This document shows positions 24,975-37,419 of a stretch of DNA of 64,000 bases, piece after piece; positions within the stretch are counted from its first letter, which is position 1, and each line of letters starts with the position of its first letter. Location: NCBI RefSeq assembly GCF_001194135.2, contig NC_068982.1, positions 73,170,891-73,234,890 of the forward strand, written 5' to 3'. The notes under the pieces are model-generated. The model made no database searches. It was not told the DNA's origin and was given only the letters and a program-made list of their open reading frames with translations. Both the position numbers and the translations under genes were made by a program. This stretch comes from Octopus bimaculoides. Lineage: Eukaryota.

Positions 24975-27570
24975 TACACATATCGAAGAACGTTGTATTT
25001 CAAACTGATAGGAGAGAAAGAATTTATGGTGGAGTTGTAATGTACGCCAAGGAAGATGTCATGCCTGTAGTCCTGCTGTTGCACTCAAACACAGTTTGTG
25101 ACACACTGATAGTACACATTAAACAGATCAAAATGGTTATATGTATCACTTTTTGTCCACTAGATGATCCAAATCATGGGGACTCATTTGATGCGAGTCT
25201 CAAAAAGGTGGAAGGGGGATTAACTAAGTTTAAATGACAGCATTCGCATACTTCTAGACCTCAATCTCCTTAATGTCGAATGGCCAGTGAGCCGCCTCCT
25301 CGACATGTCACTGCATGAACAGAGGGAAGCAGAGTCTCTGCTTGACTTTACATGGAGCAAGTAGTGCTCTACTCAACAAGGGATAAAAATATTCTAGACC
25401 TCTACTTCACAAATAAGTCGGAGCTCATCCATAATGTTATGGTGATATCGACAATTTTCATGGATAATAATTTAGTAGAACTAACAATACATGCAGAAAT
25501 CTGTAGGCATGCAGACTACTAGAAGCACCCGACTCCTTTCCAGCCTGAACTTTCATAAAACTGATTGGGAAGGCATTCAGAAAGAAGCCCCCCAACAAAA
25601 CTGTTTCGCCAGTCTCTCTGCAGATCCTCTACACAAGATATTGACATAAAGCTACAGCACTTTAAGACAATCATGCATGACACACGTAGCGAGTTTACTC
25701 CTAAGAAAATACCAAGCCATCAGAAAAGCATAATTCCCAGAGATAGGAAGATTAGCAAAGATCTCAAATCGTTTAAAGGATAATGAAGAATCTTACCTCA
25801 AACAAACATTACTTGAGATTGAAAGTGAACTCAAGCACTTTCATGAAAAGAAGACGGCAGAAAAGGAAACCAGGGCTGTAAAGAATGTAAAAACAAAACC
25901 TAATGCCTTCTAAAGTTTGCAAAAGATTCTGTTTTAGTTTGGTACAAGACAGGGCCACTGTTCGAAGAAAATGGCTCACTGAGTATAGTAGAGAGGATAA
26001 ATGGAATATTGAATGTGCCTGATGAGTTCGTCGGCACCACGGCTTTACGCAAAAGGTGACAATTATCGATTACATCTAGATAGAGAAAACTAATGTAATG
26101 TCAGCCATTGATGAAATAGGCTTATACTCAGCTACAGGCCCTGCTGGGTTCTCAGCTATTCTAAAGAAATGCAAAGAGGATCTGGCAGTGCTTCTGCAGA
26201 TCCTCTTCCAAAGCTTCCTTGCAACTAGGATGCTAAAAATTATAGGCCCATCTCTTATAGGCCCATGTCAGTAAAGTCATGGAATGCATTAGGAGGAGGA
26301 AACTGATAAGGTTCCTAGAAGATAATGACTTGCTACTTGACACCTAACATGATTTCCGATCAGGAAAAAGCTGTCTTATTCAGCTTCTACAGCATTATAG
26401 CTGAGTGTTGAAACATTTAATGAATTACTCAAATGTGGATGTGATATAACTCGATTTTGCAAAGGCCTTTAATAAGGTTGACCTCAAGGTATGTCACAAG
26501 CTGCGGAGACTTGGGAAAGTCGGAGAGTGGTTACATGACTTCTTAAAGACAGATTCCAGGATGAGACAGCCAATGCGGTCCTCTCCAAGGAGGCAGTAAT
26601 AGCAAGTTGAATGCCTCAGTGGACTGTCTTGGTGGCTCTCTTAGACATACCATCTATTACACAAATAACCACACTTACTAGCTATGCTGACGATATAAAA
26701 GTAGCACAAGAAGTCAAGGAACCTTCCGATGCTTTATTTCTGCAGGACCTAGATGCAATATATAAACGGGCAGGAAAAACAACATGCAATTTATCACGGT
26801 AAAATTCCAAGTCCTCTACTATCAGACAACTTGCGCTTACATGCTGCAACAAAGATACTTTGAACCAAAAGCAGTAGCAATCTCAGAATTAAACACAGTA
26901 CATGATCTGAGGACTGACATGAGTAACGACGCATCGTTTCATGTACATATCGCCAAGATGATGGCAATATGCAGGCAAATTTCTGGACGGATCCTAAGAA
27001 TTTCATGACAAGGGACCGGAAAACTATACTGGTTCTATGGAGGGCATATGTCCTCAGCCGTCTGAACTACTGCTCTCAACTGTGGTCACCCCAACAGTGT
27101 CAAATCATTAGCGAAACTTGAGGCAGTTCAGCTACACTACTGGAAGAAACTGAAAGGATTAAGACTCTACTCGCAGGACAAAAACAGGAGAGATATGCGA
27201 TGATATACGTATGGAAGATCCTAGAAGAGTTGGTACCAAACTTTAGCATCGAACCAGACGTCACAGCATTGTTACTCATCCATTCCGTCTAGAGTGAGGA
27301 CCATGTACTGCAATAGCTTGGGGTTCAAAAGCCCACAGTTATTTAATATCTTGCCAAAAAGTCTGAGTGATCTACTTGGAGTTGGGGTAGATGTTTTCAT
27401 GAAAACAACTTGACCTGTCGCTCAAGATCCCAGATGAACCTACATCACAACAAGCTCAAAAGAGGGCAGTATTATCAAACTCACTCCTTCACCAAAAACA
27501 AATCACAAGAGAATGGCCATTGTACCCCAACTTGACTTCCGCCTTTAAGTCAAAAAGCATTAAAAAAATA
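24975..27570 (+). mobile_element. Degraded CR1/L2-like LINE: APE endonuclease through RT to 3' end (same family as 9252-10628)
   Basis: DRRERIYGGVVMY..., D.N...VEW; NYRPIS; FRSGKSCLIQLLQHY; LDFAKAFNKVD; SYADDIK; NYCSQLWSP; GFKSPQLFNILPK; IPDEPT. Many stops and frameshifts. Confidence 0.9.
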
Positions 27571-28049
27571 AAGAATACATACATAAATGAACTCTAGATT
27601 TGACTGATAATGGGAAAATTATGTCTGTAAATGCTGAAAGTCGGTTAAATTGACGATAATCTAGTTGTAATATTTTATTGTTTTAATGCAAAATAAAAGC
27701 ATTCATAGGGCACAGACAACTGCACAACATAGAGTTATTAAATTAACATAAAGAACTTGCAATTTTTTACTCCAAAGTACTGTTGCTGAATATCTCTCGA
27801 TGTGAGATTTAAAAATAGTAATTTTCTAATTTATAGATCAGTGACTAGTTGTCACTTTGAAAACTGTATATTTCGAACGGGAATTTGGCAGCGCCACCTC
27901 TAGCTGAATAAAGGCGACGAGCGACCTGGAATCCTGGGTTGAGTGAAGTTTGTGTTTGACTATACGTGTAAATCGCTTTGTTGATGCTTGTTGAAGGTCT
28001 TTCGTACCTACAGTTAATTAATTGAATTGTTGAATTGTTATTTTTGCTT

Positions 28050-29875
28050 AATTGCTTTCTTCCCTATTTATGGGTGAAGTTATAACAAACGAAAAAATGG
28101 AGACCCAACCAGTCGTTAGCTATGCTGCAGCAACCGGAAAGGGTTTGACTGCGGATGTACTACAAGTGAGAGAAGTGAAATTTGAGGAGAAAAGATTGAA
28201 GGAGTTTAACAAACTCAAACTCATCGCAAAGGAGGGTACCAGCCTGAGGCTGGTGACAGAGAAGACGACGAAAAGTCAGTAGTCTATAGAACGCTGTCCA
28301 CAGCAACTAAAAAGGTAGAAATAGCTACGATGGAAGCAGTGGAGGAATGCCTAAAGTACATAAAGTAACTCACGACATTTTATACTAGATGAAAGAAGTA
28401 CGGCACAGTGGAGGTTCGGTTCGCGACCGAACAGGATGCGACAAAGTACTTCATAGTGCCGTTAAGGTTGTCAGAGTGGGCACGACTGCCAACCTACAAT
28501 GGCAAACGTGCGGTCAGAGTTAGGATTGGCAGAGTGCCTCCAGAGATCGATGAGGCGTGGCTGGTAGCAGCCATCCTCTTCAATACGGAGGAAAAAACAA
28601 GAATTTCCAAGGTTACAAGAACAACAGAGGTAAACTTATGGGGATACGGCCTCGAGGTGACGGCCCAAATCAGTTTACCGGATTTACATAAAATCACAGA
28701 ATAGATTGTATTACCAGAGGATGTAAAACTGAGAGTGGTAGCGTTTTCGCCTCTTCTAAATGGCTATGAGAAATTTATTTCTCCTAGCCGACGAGGAGGA
28801 TGGGGCGTGGTGGTCCTACTCAGGAAGACCTTGGACTTACAAGTAAGTACAGTCTTTCTGGACCCACAAGGTAGGCTGGTCATCCTAGATGTGACCCACG
28901 CTAGTAAATAGTCCTTCAGGTTGGTAGCTGTCTATGCTCCTAAAGAGTGTAGGCAGTCTGGTTATTTTCGAGACCTGGAGCACTTTCTAGTGACGTCAAA
29001 AACGGTAGTTCTGTTAGGAGACTTTAACGCTATACTCGATGCACGGGTGGATAGTGTTGGCTTGACTGATAGGAGGGAAAATCCTAGCCTCAAGGGTCTA
29101 CTAGAAAGCTATAATCTAGTAGACCGTTACAGACTGGATGAGCCGAGCGATCCACAGTGGACGTGGAGTAATAACGACGGCTCACACAGATCTTATATAA
29201 ACTGAGTATTCGTTAGAGAAAGAGATCGAAATACTTTTAGTTGTCCACAATTTTGTATTGTACCTTACACGGATCACAAATTTGAGACATGTGAGGTGCA
29301 TATAGATACATGTCATAGACAGGGACCCGGGGTACTGAAGATTAACAAGTCCATTTTAACTTGTGAAGCCTTCCGTGCCCGGATTAAGGATTTAGTACAG
29401 AGGGAACTATGTGGCGCCATCATTAATAATAGATGGTGGAACGCCCTCAATAGAGTCATTCGTTTAGATTCTATTAGATTTAGCAATCAGCTAAGTTTAG
29501 ATAGATCTAGAATAGAAAGGGAATTAGTTAAGAATTTAGACGAGGCTATGGAATGTGGCTCTGCAGCTAGAGTGCTGGCGGCGAGAACGGTCTTGTACCG
29601 TCACCTCAAAGCCAAACACGAAGGCTGCAGAGTTAGAGCTGAGCTACGTGCAGTGGGCCAAGAAGGTATTAACGTTGCCGGATGGGCCCGTCGTGTGGAG
29701 TGTCAGAGGGGCAAACAAGTTTCTATAAAGTCTTTAACTGACGAACAGGGGTGCAAGAGCTATGGATAAGAAAAGATGCAAAAGGCCTTTCACCAGCATT
29801 TCGCCCGGTTGTTTGGGCAGAACTACACGCTCGAGCGTAGGGAGTCCCTAAAGGGCTTCCTCGCCGGTGGGCCGC
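28050..29875 (+). mobile_element. L1/Tx1-clade LINE fragment: ORF1 fused by internal deletion to the ORF2 APE endonuclease; RT missing
   Basis: ORF1-like PTYNGKRAVRVRIGRVPPEIDEAWL. EN motifs GVVVLLRK, GRLVILDV, LVAVYAP, VVLLGDFNAILD, L.D.YR, WTWSN, SYIN.VFV, YTDHK, GPGVLKINKSIL. Confidence 0.88.
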
Positions 29876-29912
29876 TCCAGCATGACCGCAGTCTAATAAC
29901 TGAAACAAGTAA
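29876..29912 (+). mobile_element. Isolated family-A SINE/LINE 3' tail
   Basis: ctccagcatgaccgcagtctaataactgaaacaagtaaaaaa. Confidence 0.8.
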
Positions 29913-30115
29913 AAAATATATACATGCATACATATAAGTTCGAAGTATTGATTTGGTCCAATAGTAGAACGTCTGTATTCGATTTTCTATTTGGTTTGCA
30001 GAATTCTTGATGTGAAACATATTTTGTTATATCTCGGGATGGTGATTATGCCAATAATAAACATTGTTATGGTGATAATGACCCTCCCGAGATACAACTA
30101 CATAGATAGATAGAT

Positions 30116-30160
<45 letters not shown>

Positions 30161-30504
30161 CACAAAATACAATTTTGGTTTATTTTGGGGTTTCGTTTTG
30201 TTCTGTTTTTTTTATGTGTTTTTGTTTTTTGGTGGGTGGAGCGAGGCCTGCTGGAAGTTTCTCTTGATAGTGTTAAAGGATTCTTTCCAATTGCGAATTT
30301 ATTTCCATGCAAATTCATTTTTTGATTGATTAATTCTATAAATCGAAAAGAAATTATCATCGCATTTTTTGGGTTGTCTTTTTTTTTTCATGTTTAATGA
30401 ATTAAAAAGATTTTTTGAAAGAACATTTCACCGGAATATATGAAAAATGTCATTCACAGAAAAATATCTCATGTAATAGAAAACCATTTCCAGTCTCATT
30501 TTTT

Positions 30505-30717
30505 CTTTTATTCTTTTACTTGTTTCAGTCATTTGACTGCGGCCATGCTGGAACACTGCCATTTAGTCGAAGAAATCGACCCCAGGACTTATTCTTTCTA
30601 AGCCCGGTACATATTCTATCGTACATATTCTTGTGCCGAACCGCTAAGTTACGGATACGTAAAAACACCAACATCGGTTGCCAAGCGATGGTAGGTGGGA
30701 CAAACACAAACACACAT

Positions 30718-30757
<40 letters not shown>

Positions 30758-31063
30758 NNNNNNNNNNNNNNNNNNNNNNNNNNNNNNNNNNNNNNNNNNN
30801 NNNNNNNNNNNNNNNNNNNNNNNNNNNNNNNNNNNNNNNNNNNNNNNNNNNNNNNNNNNNNNNNNNNNNNNNNNNNNNNNNNNNNNNNNNNNNNNNNNNN
30901 NNNNNNNNNNNNNNNNNNNNNNNNNNNNNNNNNNNNNNNNNNNNNNNNNNNNNNNNATATATATACGACGGGCTTCTTTTCAGTTTCCATCTACCAAATC
31001 CACTCACAAAGCTTTGGTCGGCCCGAGGCTATAGTAGAAGACACTTGCCCAAGGTGCAACGCA
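30505..31063 (-). mobile_element. SINE family A, young copy (head truncated, gap in internal microsatellite)
   Basis: cttttacttgtttcagtcatttgactgcggccatgctgg...gccgaaccgctaagttacgg...cccgaggctatagtagaagacacttgcccaagg. Confidence 0.92.
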
Positions 31064-31084
31064 GAATATTTTGAATATTTATTG

Positions 31085-31315
31085 AAACACGCATTCAGTA
31101 TCTTGCAAAAAGTTTTCGAAGTATGGCTTTATCTGTTATACCTGATGAACCTACATCACAGCAAGAAATGCAAAGAAGGGAAGCTGTGGCCAACTCTCTA
31201 CTTCGTCAAGACCTATTCCAGAGAAATGACATGGAAATTAATCTAAGATAAACAAGCATTAGCGCAAACGGTGGTATTCCACCATGGTCACAACCTTTGG
31301 CTAAAACCGATAATA
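31085..31315 (+). mobile_element. CR1/L2-like LINE extreme 3' fragment
   Basis: IPDEPTSQQEMQRREAVANSLLRQ, matching the ends of the other copies, then tail-like cccaccatggtcacaacctttggctaaaac. Confidence 0.7.
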
Positions 31316-31773
31316 AAGCAGCAGAATAACAGAATTTTAAAAGTCCTAAAATCTATCAAGGATTACACCAAACTGATGGTATCAGAGAATGGTCTCTCCC
31401 AGGATCGCTTAAACTCCTCAGTCATTGGTTTTATTGGTCAAATATTCACCGTGCTTTCATATAGACACTTTAATAGCAGTAAGCCTCCGACTGAGCACAC
31501 AAAGCACACAAATATACAAGGAAAATTTGTACAAATATAATAACATATGTCTGTGTGACGTATATCTTTTTATTCAAAGTTAACAACAGCAAAAAAAATT
31601 CATCCTGTTACGGTATCGTTAACAACATATTGCATAGGAAACCAAAATCAATAATCGATGTATATTGATGATTATTTACTAAAAAAAAACTAAAAGCTGG
31701 TCTTTTGGTGATATGATATTGAAAATATTAATATATTTCCATAACGTTGTTCTCTAATGTAATCCCTAGATAT

Positions 31774-31935
31774 AAGGTAACGAGAGGGCGGAATCGGTAG
31801 CATGTCGAACAACATGCTTAGTTGCATTTATTCCGGCTCTTTATGTTCTGAGTTCAAATCCCACTGATATCGACTTTGCCTTTCCTGAGGTCAATGCAAT
31901 CGACTTGCCCCTTCAAAAATGCTGGCCTTGAAAGC
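31774..31935 (+). mobile_element. SINE family B, old copy
   Basis: gaatcggtagcatg...atgttctgagttcaaatccc...cgactttgcc. Confidence 0.75.
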
Positions 31936-31969
31936 TGAATTGGACAGGCGTCCCCCCACCCCTCATATA

Positions 31970-31999
<30 letters not shown>

Positions 32000-32004
<5 letters not shown>

Positions 32005-32162
32005 CGGCCTGCTCACAGTTTCCGTCGACCAAATTCAGTTATAAGCTATTGATCGGATCAGACCTGTAGTTAAAGGCACTTTACCCCAGATGCTACGCAG
32101 TGAAACTGAACCCGAAAACACATGGTTATCATGCGAGCTTCTTAATCACACAGCCATACCTG
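32000..32162 (-). mobile_element. SINE family A 5' half
   Basis: cagtttccgtcgaccaaatt...gaaactgaacccgaaaacacatgg...gagcttcttaatcacacagccatacctg. Confidence 0.8.
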
Positions 32163-32385
32163 AGGGTAGTTTTGTGTCTATCTAAACTGTTAAAGATAGC
32201 TGTAAGGCAATATTTCCTTTAACCTACTTCAGACTTAGTTCCTCAGAGACATTATACAACAGCTTCTATCTTACATTGTAGATGAGGTTGCATTAAAAAT
32301 TCATTTTCCGTGGGGAATTTCAAATTGAGAAAGTTCTTATCAGTTGCACAGTAATCCCAATACCTAGGAGATTCAGTTGTGTTTA

Positions 32386-33247
32386 CGAGATGGTATCTTA
32401 AAGTTTCCGGACTATTATGTTTAATAAAAAAATTATTTATTTACCTAAGTTTTAACATCATCTCTTTCGCAATAGTCACCTTGCACAGCAATACACCGGT
32501 CCTAGCGTTCCTGCCACTTTTGGAATCCAACCTGAAAGTCGTTTTCCTTAAGTGAATCGAGGATCTTCTGCAATTCGCTCTTGATCTCAACAACGGTGTT
32601 AAAAATGCGACCTTTGAGCTGCATTTTCAACTTGGAAAAGAGATGGAAGTCTGCAGGTGGTAAATCTGGCGTATATGGCGGGTGCAGAACCGATACCACG
32701 TTCTTTTTGGCGAGAAACACACGAATGAAGAAGGCTCGATGACAGGGTGCATTGTCGTTGTGAATAATCTAATTCCTCACAGTAGAACTCTCGATTGGTG
32801 GTCTGGCCTTAGGGGACGAATTCTCGGTGCACAATGCCACTTTTCCGGGGATGACGTTCGTGACAAGTCTTCCAGATCGCTCGCCGTCTTCCAGACGTTC
32901 TCCTGCTTTTGAAGCGCCCGTGCTACCCGAAACATTGCGTACACCTCATTGACACATCGCTGTAAGCTTATTGAAGGACGTTCACTGTCTCTGTTGCAGA
33001 CTTTCCAAGTTTAACACAAAATTTCACGTTGGCTCTTTGTTCCAACTTCCTGTTCTTGACAAAATCGCAGACTACAACATACACGTGATCCCAAGAACAC
33101 ATTTTTCACAACTTGCAAAGTAAACACAACAATGTCACATGGCACACTGACTCATGGCCACTGCTAGCTCTCACTGCGCACGCAACAGTGTGCTGTTATC
33201 TGTTGGTGCGCTACAGAACTGTCTGGGAACTTTTTGATACCTCCTCG
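32386..33247 (-). mobile_element. Internally deleted mariner element, 862 bp
   Basis: TIRs CGAGATGGTATCTTAAAGTTTCCGGAC / reverse complement CGAGGAGGTATCAAAAAGTTCCCAGAC, TA on both sides. N-terminus EQRANVKFCVKLGKSATET; C-terminus HNDNAPCH...HPPYTPDLPPADFHLFSKLK. Confidence 0.93.
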
Positions 33248-33313
33248 TATTTGTGGTCTTTTTCCTACCCCATTAGGTAGCCTGATCCAACAATAATGGA
33301 GAGACATTTTTAA

Positions 33314-33521
33314 CCCCTTGTCTGTCCTGTATATCAAATGTGATACACAGGACATATTGCCTTGATGTCCATACAACAGATATGATACACATTCCTAATT
33401 TTTTTAACCAGTACAGTAACTTGAATAGAAAGGAAGCTTTCTATTACTCAGAACGTATGAAACAAGGGCTAACAAAAAGTCTGGAAACAAACTTATGAAA
33501 ATGTTTTAGACAGGCAAAGGG
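33314..33521. mobile_element. piggyBac-like MITE, 208 bp
   Basis: TTAA-CCCCTTGTCTGTC left; reverse complement of right end TTGA-CCCTTTGCCTGTC (degraded TTAA TSD); internal repeated tgatacac. Confidence 0.6.
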
Positions 33522-34004
33522 TCAACGATAAAACACAGAGCTGGTGGGGGGCTGGAGCAAGATTCAAACTGCTGGCATTTCAACTAGTAGGGCAGAGATC
33601 TTGATCTACAGCGAGCTGTTACACATAAGCTTCCTTTCTTTCATTTTTAGGTCATAGAACATGTGTTATTTCTGTGCTCAATTTCAGGTTTTCGTGCAAC
33701 AGGTGTGGGAATAGCATAAATTATTATAAATTATGATAAATTGTAAAAACCTGATCAGATATACACCCAAATACAAAACTTCAACGTTCTCAAATGCATC
33801 ACGTAGCTTATGAAGCTACCTATTAACCTATGGTACAACAGCGATATATTAATGTAATGTTGACTTTTCCTTCAATAGTCTATACTAATTACTTCCGTGG
33901 TGGCTTTGTTTTCTACGTTTCTGGGACAAAATACAGCGGTGCCTATGATTGATTTAAACATAAAGTTGATGAAAACTTATTGCCTCTACCTTTTTGCCTT
34001 TCAC

Positions 34005-34115
34005 TCGTCTATCATTGGATTTCAGTTATGCTGGAGCACCGCCTTGAAAATATAGCGTTCCCATGCTGGGGATCGAACACGGGTTGCCTGAGTGCCACTA
34101 GGACTCCTCACCACG
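34005..34115 (-). mobile_element. Short SINE: tRNA-Glu-like head plus family-A/LINE tail
   Basis: Reverse complement gtggtgaggagtcctagtgg..ctcaggcaacccgtgttcgatccccagcatgggaac (tRNA-Glu-like 3' half, B box), joined after ~12 nt to aaggcggtgctccagcataactgaaa. Confidence 0.6.
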
Positions 34116-34444
34116 TGTTAATGGACGATACATAAAATATACGTAGATATGATGTTGACATTTCCTCGCAAATTTCATGATTTTTGCTATAGTAAAGAGA
34201 CTAACAAGCTTGTTTGCCATGCTGCGCTGGGGAAACATTTATAGAATTGATTTGCTTCCAGCTGATCTGAAAGAGACGCCTAGAAAGATTTGCACCGCAT
34301 GTGGTTTGTCAAATGTGGTTTTTGGTGCATTAACATTGTGTAATGTTATCTATCTGTAAGTAAATTAACATCCCAGTACTGAAGCATGTATTATGTAGTT
34401 GCTGTACTTTATATATTTGAAGCAGTCCAGTGCAAAGAGAAATA

Positions 34445-34625
34445 TAATTCTTTCTAATATAGGCACAGGGCCTGAAATAGTGGGTGAGGTGGAAGTCAAT
34501 TACCAGTGCTCAACTTTACTATTTTATCGATCCGGAATGAAAGCAAGGATGACCTGGTGGTATTTGAACGCAGAATGTAAAGAGCCGGAAGAAATGCCGC
34601 TAAGCATTTTGCCCGGCATGCTACT
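34445..34625 (-). mobile_element. SINE family B2 copy
   Basis: tttctaatataggcacagggcctgaaa...atttgaacgcagaatgt...gaaatgccgctaagcattttgcccggcatgcta. Confidence 0.85.
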
Positions 34626-35186
34626 GTAACCTAGAACAGACAATAAAAGAAATAATTTATTATATAAATAATTCATTATATCTGTTGAATCTGTTTTTGT
34701 ACAGGAAGGCACAGTAGAAATATACCGGGCCCTGTATCCAACGGTTCCTGGATCGAATTAACGCTCTGCCCAGAATTGAATGTAATTTTTTTATGTATGT
34801 TTATACATTGCAACTGAGTTATCAACATATATACCAATCATATGCATGTATTTGGTATATCTAGAAATTTATTCAAGGGTCACGGGTCACCAACTGACAG
34901 GGGTACACCAAAACCTAAGTGGGCAGAAACAACAACAACGAGACTTTACAGTTTGCATAATGGGATGCTTTTTCATATTTTCATGCAACACCTGTATTAA
35001 GTTTGCAATTAATGAAAGTCATATAGAGAAATGGTATCACCAGGTTCATCAGCCTTAAGAAATAAATATTATCTAATCGTTTATTCGCTGCATTACAGAG
35101 TTTTAATAATTATTTTGAAAGTTTTACAAAACACAAGAAAAAAAGAGTTCAGATTTTTAATTTTAATTACCTTGTCTATTGCGTAC

Positions 35187-35271
35187 GTAGTAGTAGTAGT
35201 AGTAGTAGTAGTAGCAGCAGCAGCAGCAGCAGCCGCAGCAGCAGCGGCTGCAACAGCAGCAGCGGCTGCAA

Positions 35272-35342
<71 letters not shown>
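35187..35342. repeat. (TAG)n-(CAG)n-(TAG)n compound trinucleotide array
   Basis: Direct reading; includes an internal 18-bp duplication gcagcagcggctgcaaca. Confidence 0.95.
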
Positions 35343-35343
<1 letters not shown>

Positions 35344-35886
35344 AGACCTTGAAGCAATCCAGCGAAGCTTCACAAAGAAGATCGTCTCTTTGCAACAAGC
35401 TCAGCTACTGGGAAAGGCTGAAACAGCTAAGACTCTACTCCCTGGAGCGCTGGCGATAGAGATATGCAGTAATATACATCTGGAAGATCCTGGAAGGAAT
35501 TGTGCCAAATTTTGGCATTGAAAGCTACACCAATGCTAGAATGGGTCGCCACTGCACAATGCCAAAAATCCCAGCAATGCCATCGCGCTTCAGGACCAGT
35601 TACTGCAACATCCTAGTTTTCAAGAGCCCACAGCTTTTTAATATTCTCCCAAAGAGCGTGAGGAACCTGCACAAAGTGGATGTAGGCGTTTTCAAATCAA
35701 AGCTGGACCTCTACCTGTCGAGAGTCCTAAATGAAACTACCTCACGGCAAGAGGTGCAAATGAGAGTAGGTACATCAAACTCCATTCTTCACCAAGTGCC
35801 ACATATAAGAGGAGGCTTTCAGTAAAAACAGTGTAACAAAACGGCGGTGCTCCAGCATGGCCACAGCTCTGAGCTGAAACTACTAA
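35343..35886 (+). mobile_element. 5'-truncated CR1/L2-like LINE 3' end
   Basis: YWERLKQLRLYSLERWR*RYAVIYIWKILEGIVPNFGI...FKSPQLFNILPKSVRNLHKVDVGVFKSKLDLYL...SNSILHQ; tail ggcggtgctccagcatggccacagctctgagctgaaac. Confidence 0.92.
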
Positions 35887-35893
35887 ATATATA

Positions 35894-35942
<49 letters not shown>

Positions 35943-37419
35943 NNNNNNNNNNNNNNNNNNNNNNNNNNNNNNNNNNNNNNNNNNNNNNNNNNNNNNNNNN
36001 NNNNNNNNNNNNNNNNNNNNNNNNNNNNNNNNNNNNNNNNNNNNNNNNNNNNNNNNNNNNNNNNNNNNNNNNNNNNNNNNNNNNNNNNNNNNNNNNNNNN
36101 NNNNNNNNNNNNNNNNNNNNNNNNNNNNNNNNNNNNNNNNNNNNNNNNNNNNNNNNNNNNNNNNNNNNNNNNNNNNNNNNNNNNNNNNNNNNNNNNNNNN
36201 NNNNNNNNNNNNNNNNNNNNNNNNNNNNNNNNNNNNNNNNNNNNNNNNNNNNNNNNNNNNNNNNNNNNNNNNNNNNNNNNNNNNNNNNNNNNNNNNNNNN
36301 NNNNNNNNNNNNNNNNNNNNNNNNNNNNNNNNNNNNNNNNNNNNNNNNNNNNNNNNNNNNNNNNNNNNNNNNNNNNNNNNNNNNNNNNNNNNNNNNNNNN
36401 NNNNNNNNNNNNNNNNNNNNNNNNNNNNNNNNNNNNNNNNNNNNNNNNNNNNNNNNNNNNNNNNNNNNNNNNNNNNNNNNNNNNNNNNNNNNNNNNNNNN
36501 NNNNNNNNNNNNNNNNNNNNNNNNNNNNNNNNNNNNNNNNNNNNNNNNNNNNNNNNNNNNNNNNNNNNNNNNNNNNNNNNNNNNNNNNNNNNNNNNNNNN
36601 NNNNNNNNNNNNNNNNNNNNNNNNNNNNNNNNNNNNNNNNNNNNNNNNNNNNNNNNNNNNNNNNNNNNNNNNNNNNNNNNNNNNNNNNNNNNNNNNNNNN
36701 NNNNNNNNNNNNNNNNNNNNNNNNNNNNNNNNNNNNNNNNNNNNNNNNNNNNNNNNNNNNNNNNNNNNNNNNNNNNNNNNNNNNNNNNNNNNNNNNNNNN
36801 NNNNNNNNNNNNNNNNNNNNNNNNNNNNNNNNNNNNNNNNNNNNNNNNNNNNNNNNNNNNNNNNNNNNNNNNNNNNNNNNNNNNNNNNNNNNNNNNNNNN
36901 NNNNNNNNNNNNNNNNNNNNNNNNNNNNNNNNNNNNNNNNNNATATGTATATATATATATGTATATATATATATGTATATATATATATGTGTATGTATAT
37001 GTATATAGGTATGTATGTGTATATATGTGTGTGTATGTATATGCATATACATATGTATGTATATGTATGTGCATATGTGTGTGTGCGCGCGCATTAGGGT
37101 TAAGGTATGGGTTAGGGTTAGATAAGAACTACTAATAATTTTTTGCAGTGAAGACATTTCTAGGTAGGTTTAATATAATACGCCCTGGTTCTTCAACCAA
37201 TCTGTAGGCTCTGAGTACATAGTCAATTCTAGTTGAAAATCAGGACGCTGGTGCATGAGAAATTACGAGAAAAATGAGAAGGTTAATGCAAAAAGTGAAA
37301 GATTGAATAAAAACGGAAAAAGGAAAGAAAAGAAAATTAGATTTACGTTCCTTTTGAACGTAGATTCCATAATTGAACAAGTTGTTGTTGAATAATTCAA
37401 CGGAGAGGGATGCAAAGTT

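Noticed and set aside
35031-35459. 142-aa poly-V/A ORF and poly-Q/T alternative frames
   Set aside because: Product of the (TAG)(CAG) array running into a LINE fragment.
37093-37122. TTAGGG-like repeats (also 61460-61482)
   Set aside because: Only 3-4 degenerate units; too short to call interstitial telomere or a Helentron.
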